A DNA stretch of 64,000 nucleotides from an uncultured bacterium. GTDB taxonomy: Bacteria; CG03; SLGR01; JAGXOG01. A program made the position numbers and the translations under genes. Numbering within the stretch: the stretch's first letter is position 1; the number at the start of each line of letters is the position of its first letter. Shown in pieces: positions 57,481-64,000 of this stretch. The notes beneath the pieces are model-generated. The model was not told where the DNA came from. It saw only the letters and a program-made list of their open reading frames with translations, and did no database searches. The stretch lies in assembly GCA_964476445.1 (NCBI GenBank), contig CAYZAK010000002.1:32743-96742 (forward strand), written 5' to 3'.

Positions 57481-58894
57481 GACTAAAATAAGTTTTGGTA
57501 CCGCGGGTTGGAGAGGAATAATTGCAGATGATTTTACCTACGATAATGTACGTATAGTTTCCCGGGCCATCGCTGATTTTTTAAACAGTGAATCAACTTC
57601 TGAGCCTGAAATTTTTGTGGGGTATGACTCCCGGTTTATGGGAGAAAAATTTGCCCGGGCGGTCAGCGAAGTTATGGCCGCAAACGGTATAAAGGTCTAC
57701 TATTCCGTAAAAGATATACCCACCCCGGCCATTTCCCAGATAATTATATCTAAAAAACTTGATGGGGGAATAAATATTACAGCTTCTCATAATCCGCCCG
57801 AATATTCCGGGGTTAAGTTTTCCCCCGCCTGGGGAGGTCCGGCTCTGCCTGAGACAACGGAAAAAATAGAGAAAAACTGTGAAAATATAGTAAAAAATGG
57901 TCAGAAAGTAAATTTCACCGCTTTTGAACAGGCCGTCGCGGAAGATGATATTGAAGAAGTTGACTGGATTTCCATGTACAAAAAGCGGCTATCTGAATTA
58001 GTTGATATCGATATTATCAGTAAGAAATGCGCCATGGTTTACGATCCGATGAACGGCACCGGACGGAATATATTGAAAGATATTATACCCCGGGCCAATG
58101 TCAAGGTAATAAATGGGAACAGGGACGTATTGTTTGGGGGGCACAGACCGGAACCGGCTAGGGAGTTTATAGGTGAATTGATAGAACTTGTAAAACAGGG
58201 GCCGTACGATATAGGTCTGGCGACCGACGGCGACGGCGACCGGTTCGGTATAGTTGATGAAGACGGGACTTTTATCACTCCAAATGAAGTTCTGGGTCTG
58301 GCTTTGTACCATCTTTGTGAAAATAAGGGTTATTCAGGGGTGGCAGCCCGGTCGGTTATGACTTCTTCGTTTATGGATGCCGTAGCCGAAAAGTACGGGG
58401 TAAAAATGTTAGAAACCCCAGTGGGGTTTAAATATATCGGGGATATATCGGTTAAACAGAATATGGTGGTAGGCGGCGAAGAAAGCGGTGGCTTGACGAT
58501 AGGGGGACATCTGCCTGAGAAGGACGGTATTCTGGCCTGTCTTTTAATGGCCGAGTTGAGGGCCACCTGTGAAAAATCTTTAAAAAAGATACTCCGGGAA
58601 CTCTATGACAGAGTGGGCAAATTTGTCAGTGTAAGGAAAAATTTCACCATTACCGATGACAAGAAAGAAGAAATACAGCAAAAACTGGCCCGGATTGATC
58701 CTTCAAGTATTGGAGATTACAGGGTAAATGAAGTTGTAAAAATCGACGGATACAAGTATATTCTGGATGAGAAAAATTCCTGGCTTGGAATCCGGTTTTC
58801 AGGTACCGAACCGGTTATAAGGTTATACGCGGAAAGTAATTCTGAAAAAAACGTGGAGAATATTGTAGACAGTGCCCGGGCGGAATTTTTATAA
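57473..58894 (+). CDS. phosphoglucomutase/phosphomannomutase family protein
   Basis: TASHNPPEYSGVKF phosphoserine loop, DGDGDR metal loop, GGEESGG sugar loop. Confidence 0.85.
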   Translation: MFKTKISFGTAGWRGIIADDFTYDNVRIVSRAIADFLNSESTSEPEIFVGYDSRFMGEKFARAVSEVMAANGIKVYYSVKDIPTPAISQIIISKKLDGGINITASHNPPEYSGVKFSPAWGGPALPETTEKIEKNCENIVKNGQKVNFTAFEQAVAEDDIEEVDWISMYKKRLSELVDIDIISKKCAMVYDPMNGTGRNILKDIIPRANVKVINGNRDVLFGGHRPEPAREFIGELIELVKQGPYDIGLATDGDGDRFGIVDEDGTFITPNEVLGLALYHLCENKGYSGVAARSVMTSSFMDAVAEKYGVKMLETPVGFKYIGDISVKQNMVVGGEESGGLTIGGHLPEKDGILACLLMAELRATCEKSLKKILRELYDRVGKFVSVRKNFTITDDKKEEIQQKLARIDPSSIGDYRVNEVVKIDGYKYILDEKNSWLGIRFSGTEPVIRLYAESNSEKNVENIVDSARAEFL

Positions 58895-58938
58895 GATTTA
58901 AAGGTTTAAAGATGTGTAGACAAAAAAGGAGAAAATAG

Positions 58939-60227
<1,289 letters not shown>

Positions 60228-60228
<1 letters not shown>

Positions 60229-60503
60229 TGGATAGAACGTACCGGAAACTAATCTATATAGTTATAGGGGGGTTGATTGTTGTAGGGGTATTTTCGGGTT
60301 CTAATTTGAAAACCATATTCAATCTCAAAGAGGATATAGATTCTTACCAGGATAAGCTAACTATGCTGGAAAAGGAGAATGAACATATCAGAAAAGAGAT
60401 TGAATGGATCAAAACCGAAGACGATTATGTAAAATTTATAGCCCGCACGCGGCTGGGTCTTGTTGAATCTGGAGAGATGAAATTTTATATAGTTGAAGAA
60501 TAA
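60228..60503 (+). CDS. ftsB: FtsB/DivIC-like septum formation initiator
   Basis: 91 aa; N-terminal TM + coiled coil; conserved location immediately after eno. Confidence 0.6.
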
Positions 60504-60522
60504 CCGGGCGGTTAGAAAAAAA

Positions 60523-60744
60523 TTATTCTTTAATTAAGTTGTTGTAACCAAGGTTTTCTTTTTTGATCAGTTCAATTAGTTTTTTTTGATCCATGGAATC
60601 GGATACCTGCAGTGACACTCCGCAGTCCGAGGATAATTTTTCGGGAGTGGGTATGGTGGTTACCGACTTGGTTTTTCCTTTTAAAGCTTTTTCCGCTTTT
60701 AACACCTGATGGGTACTGTCAAAAGTAATCAAGAATTTGTTCAT
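60523..60744 (-). CDS. DUF3343-like small protein (putative S/Se carrier-like)
   Basis: 73 aa, βαβ pattern, partner of the adjacent cysteine-desulfurase-family gene (1-nt gap). Confidence 0.55.
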   Translation of the reverse strand: MNKFLITFDSTHQVLKAEKALKGKTKSVTTIPTPEKLSSDCGVSLQVSDSMDQKKLIELIKKENLGYNNLIKE

Positions 60745-60745
60745 A

Positions 60746-61876
60746 TTATTTTTGTAAAACCTGTATAAGTTTGTCTATATGGGATTTTTTGGTAAAATAT
60801 CCCGGAGTTATTCTTACCGTTCCTTCCGGAAAAGTTCCTAATGTCTTATGGGCGCCCGGCGCGCAGTGAAGTCCGACCCTCACACAGATATTCTCCGCGC
60901 TCAATCTGGTTGAAATCCGGGACGGAAAAATATTTTTTACCGTTATCGATACAACGGAAGTCCGGTTATTATTCTTTTTTGGACCGTGGATGGTAACAGT
61001 ATTTAAATTTTTCAGGGATTTTAAAAGATACCCGGTCATCTTTTTTTTCTTAGCCCGCATATTGGAAAAACCGTTACTGGCAAAGTATTTTAAAGCTGCG
61101 TTTAGACCAATAATAGGACATATATTTAAAGTTCCGCTCTCCATCTTATCCGGCCAGAACCCGGGCTGAAACTCCTTTTCCGACTTTGAACCGGTACCCC
61201 CGTGGCATAGAGGAGGAAATTCCAGTCCGGCTTTTACATAAAGAGCTCCTATTCCGGTAGGCCCCAGAAGACTTTTATGCCCGGAGAAGGCCATAATATC
61301 TATATGGTCGTTTATTACATCGATTGGAACGTTTCCGGCGGTCTGGGCGGCGTCAACCATAAAGGGTATTTTTTTCTTACTGCAGAGGTTACCTAAAAGT
61401 TTTATATCCTGCACAGCGCCGGAGACGTTGGAAGCGTGATTTATAAGAACCAGTTGGGGAGTACACTTTTTTAAACTCTTTTTAAAATCTTTAATGTTAA
61501 GATACCCCTCGGAATCGCATTTTATCTTTGTTATTTTTATGTTTTTAGTTTTTTGTAAGAAATGGAGAGGTCTCATTACCGCGTTGTGTTCCACAGAAGA
61601 GGTGATAACCCGGTCGCCGGGATTTAAAAAACCTTTCAGGGCGGCGTTTATACCGTAGGTGGCATTTAGGGTAAATACCAGCCGGGATGATTCGGGTATG
61701 TTGAAAAACCGGGCCAGATTTCCCCGGCATTTAAACAAAATTTTAGAAGTTTTTACTGCAGCCGGATATGCGCTTCTTCCCGATGAAACGCCGTATTTAT
61801 CCAGGTATTTTTTTACCGCCTCCGACACACCGGGAGGCTTGGGATAACTGGTTGCCGCGTTATCTAAGTATATCAT
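60746..61876 (-). CDS. cysteine desulfurase family protein (class V aminotransferase, NifS/CsdA-like)
   Basis: PLP Lys motif SGHKSLLGPTGIGALYV; C-terminal active-site Cys loop GLHCAPGAHKTLG. Confidence 0.8.
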   Translation of the reverse strand: MIYLDNAATSYPKPPGVSEAVKKYLDKYGVSSGRSAYPAAVKTSKILFKCRGNLARFFNIPESSRLVFTLNATYGINAALKGFLNPGDRVITSSVEHNAVMRPLHFLQKTKNIKITKIKCDSEGYLNIKDFKKSLKKCTPQLVLINHASNVSGAVQDIKLLGNLCSKKKIPFMVDAAQTAGNVPIDVINDHIDIMAFSGHKSLLGPTGIGALYVKAGLEFPPLCHGGTGSKSEKEFQPGFWPDKMESGTLNICPIIGLNAALKYFASNGFSNMRAKKKKMTGYLLKSLKNLNTVTIHGPKKNNNRTSVVSITVKNIFPSRISTRLSAENICVRVGLHCAPGAHKTLGTFPEGTVRITPGYFTKKSHIDKLIQVLQK

Positions 61877-62936
61877 TGTGGCTTTTTTTGGTTATAAACA
61901 TAAAAATCAATCCGGTTAAAAATATACTCCCGCTCATCATTAAAAATAAAACGGGATAGCTGGTTTTTTCAGCCACCGCCCCTAAAAAGAACGGTCCAAA
62001 AAGGTAGCCGCAGTCAAATGAAATACTGTAAACGGCCACTATTGTTTCATTGGGTTTATTTTTCAAAATCTTTAGGATATATGGTAACAAATTTGAATCT
62101 GTAATTCCATACCCCGCTCCGTAAATTACTGACCCGGTAATCAAAAATTTAAACGATACTCTAGAAATTAAAGCCAGTCCGGCAACAATAAAAAAAAGTC
62201 CGGTTAAGATAACTTTTTGCCGGGCAAACCGGTCGAAATATTTTCCCAGAGTAAACCGGATAAAGATAGTAGAACCGGCAAAAAAAGTGAAATATAGCGA
62301 AAAATTTTCCAGGCTGTGTTTTTCGGCGGCGATGGGTAAAAAGGTAAGAATTCCGGCATCTCCGGTAATTATTATAAATACCAGCAGAAAAGAGATGGCC
62401 GCTTTCTTGTTTTTTAAAAGTGACGTTAAACTGGTGTTCTCATTTTTAGACCCGGGCCGGGTCATGTCTTTTTCTCTAAGATTTAAAACAAGTAAAAATC
62501 CGGCAGTAAGACAGGCTAAGGATATTCCTATAAGGTGCACAAAAGTAAAATTATTTACTATGTAGGTTCCCACAAGAGGCGAGAAAAGAAGTGGAAAGAT
62601 AAATATTATAGTGTAGATACCGTAAAGCTGACCCCGTTTATGAGCCGGTATCATGTAAGTGACCATGGACAGGGAAGAAAAAAAGAACACTATAAGGCCG
62701 CTTCCCTGTATAGTCCTGGCCGCCAGAAGAGCCCAGAAGTTATCAGCAGTCAAAAACCACCCCGTGCCCAAAAAAGTAATCAGGATACCAGTAATTATAA
62801 AAATTTTAGAACCGTACCGTTGTATATATTCACTGATATGTTTTCGTAAGATTAAAGTAAGCACCGGTGCGCTTCCCATAATAATACCGGTTAGGGCGGA
62901 GGAACCTACGATATCAAGGACCCGGGTCGGAAACAC
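61860..62936 (-). CDS. MFS-type transporter (possibly N-terminally short)
   Basis: 10-12 hydrophobic helices; overlaps the desulfurase start by 17 nt; N-terminus lacks the usual hydrophilic leader. Confidence 0.65.
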   Translation of the reverse strand: MFPTRVLDIVGSSALTGIIMGSAPVLTLILRKHISEYIQRYGSKIFIITGILITFLGTGWFLTADNFWALLAARTIQGSGLIVFFFSSLSMVTYMIPAHKRGQLYGIYTIIFIFPLLFSPLVGTYIVNNFTFVHLIGISLACLTAGFLLVLNLREKDMTRPGSKNENTSLTSLLKNKKAAISFLLVFIIITGDAGILTFLPIAAEKHSLENFSLYFTFFAGSTIFIRFTLGKYFDRFARQKVILTGLFFIVAGLALISRVSFKFLITGSVIYGAGYGITDSNLLPYILKILKNKPNETIVAVYSISFDCGYLFGPFFLGAVAEKTSYPVLFLMMSGSIFLTGLIFMFITKKSHNDILR

Positions 62937-63020
62937 GGGAACCAGAACATCCCACGAAATTTTAGTTAGAATGCCGCTGACTATCAGCAGGGCAAAATTT
63001 TTCTTTTTTGAACTAATTTT

Positions 63021-64000
63021 TTACTGGTATTTTTTTAATAGACCGGTTCTTTCGTTGAACTCTTTTATTTTTGCGTCCCATTCTTTGAAAGTATGCAGTC
63101 TTTTACTCCAGTAATCGTCTTCGTACCACTGGGCGTCCAGATCTTCGGTCTCTTTTCCCTGCTGTTCGACCCAGGTAAAATATTTTAGATTATGCATACG
63201 TTTTCTGTCGTAGTAGGAGGTCTCCAGCATATGCTCTATACCAATATTGTCCAGGTATTTCCCAAAATCGGCAGTGGCCCGGTTATCGGTGTAATCCCCT
63301 TCTTTTTGTCGTAATTCTTCTACGCGGGAGTTGTACATTTCCATGGAGTCGGTTGCTACGGTAAAAAGCACATCTTTGTCGTTCATTTCGTAGTATCTGG
63401 CTGTTTTTATGCAGCTTAAGACGTTGGCTATTCCGGAGATGCCCAGAAGGTTAAGTTTTTCAACGGATTCCTCGGGTACTCCTATTGATTTTAAGTATTT
63501 CTGCCCGACCGGCTCGTTAAAAAGTCTCATCAGGGACATGGAGGCATTGTCGTCGATATCTACAACCATATCAGTATTTTTTAAATTGTGAACCCAGGGG
63601 ACGTGTTTGTCACCTATTCCCTCAATTCTGTGTGCGCCGTGTCCGTTATAAAGAAGGGTGGGGCACTGCAATGCTTCTGCTGCGGCTATCTTTATCCGGG
63701 GAAATTTTTCCTTAAGATACTCCCCGGCTCCAAGTGAGCCCGCGGATCCCTGTGTAATACATAACGCGGACAGTCTCTGTCCGTTTTCTTTTTCCTGAAT
63801 AAAGACCTCTTCCATGGCCTTTCCGGTTACCGCGTAGTGCCAGGCTGGGTTTCCAAATTCTTCAAACTGGTTTAAAACTACTATGTCGTCGCCACGTTCG
63901 GCTTTAAGTTCATGGCACTTATCGTATATCTCTTTGACGTTGCTTTCTCCGCCGGGAGTAGCGTGAATTTCAGCGCCCACTTCTTTCAACCATTCAAATC
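63021..64000 (-). CDS. fold-type II PLP-dependent enzyme (Trp-synthase-β/CysK superfamily) with long C-terminal extension; N-terminus outside window
   Basis: Gly-rich PLP phosphate loop (GSAGSLGAGEY) about 240 aa before the C-terminus, i.e. about 100 aa extra tail versus CysK-like enzymes. Confidence 0.55.
   Translation of the reverse strand, partial: FEWLKEVGAEIHATPGGESNVKEIYDKCHELKAERGDDIVVLNQFEEFGNPAWHYAVTGKAMEEVFIQEKENGQRLSALCITQGSAGSLGAGEYLKEKFPRIKIAAAEALQCPTLLYNGHGAHRIEGIGDKHVPWVHNLKNTDMVVDIDDNASMSLMRLFNEPVGQKYLKSIGVPEESVEKLNLLGISGIANVLSCIKTARYYEMNDKDVLFTVATDSMEMYNSRVEELRQKEGDYTDNRATADFGKYLDNIGIEHMLETSYYDRKRMHNLKYFTWVEQQGKETEDLDAQWYEDDYWSKRLHTFKEWDAKIKEFNERTGLLKKYQ

Noticed and set aside
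60504-60522. Short palindrome TAACCGGGCGGTTA between ftsB and the DUF3343 gene, a possible bidirectional terminator
   Set aside because: The stem is only 5-6 bp with a 2-4 nt loop. The flanking run is A-rich, not T-rich, on the plus strand, and the T-run precedes rather than follows it on the minus strand. It does not meet criteria for an intrinsic terminator.

Overview
The window is a gene-dense (~95% coding), low-GC bacterial chromosomal segment with about 58 protein-coding genes, mostly in tight and often overlapping operons. I found no tRNA or rRNA gene and no CRISPR array. The host looks like a Gram-negative, probably anaerobic bacterium. Evidence: many signal-peptide β-barrel proteins ending in Phe, an ExbB/ExbD/TonB set, a rubrerythrin, GatCAB, an archaeal-type iPGM, and a protease with a type-IX-secretion-like C-terminal sorting domain.

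Main blocks:
(1) 1-6.9 kb: argH'-lysA-dapF-dapA-dapB-FAH-dapL-folK supraoperon (aminotransferase variant of lysine biosynthesis).
(2) 7.3-10.5 kb: gatCAB.
(3) 10.5-13.8 kb: rubrerythrin, BI-1/YccA-like and LysE-like membrane proteins, U32 peptidase-like protein.
(4) 13.8-25.6 kb, minus strand: a 1443-aa tandem-activase/dehydratase-like fusion protein, an orphan dCache histidine kinase, an alkaline-phosphatase-family lipoprotein, glmS, glmM and a hexapeptide-repeat protein coupled to glmM.
(5) 25.7-28.9 kb: secreted S8 protease with a Por-type C-terminal sorting domain, immediately followed by a small β-barrel OMP.
(6) 28.9-34.6 kb, minus strand: TetR / LolA-like / β-barrel / ABC ATPase / 2x FtsX permease trans-envelope export module.
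(7) 34.7-36.0 kb: decayed IS3-family insertion sequence.
(8) 36.2-43.2 kb: panB-panC-nadA-nadB-uvrA.
(9) 43.2-49.3 kb: giant TPR protein / OMP / ExbB / ExbD / TonB.
(10) 49.3-60.5 kb: housekeeping genes suhB, trxB, apgM, two SurA-like PPIases, UDPGP, pdxA, rsmA, PGM, eno, ftsB.
(11) 60.5-64 kb, minus strand: DUF3343 / cysteine-desulfurase-family / MFS / truncated fold-II PLP enzyme.

I do not see a classical defence system (no restriction-modification, toxin-antitoxin, CRISPR-Cas or known anti-phage signature). The most system-like and least understood candidates are the giant activase fusion, the protease + β-barrel pair, the Lol-like export module and the TPR-TonB cluster. All functional calls rest on recognised motifs and family architecture read from the translations; no database search was run.
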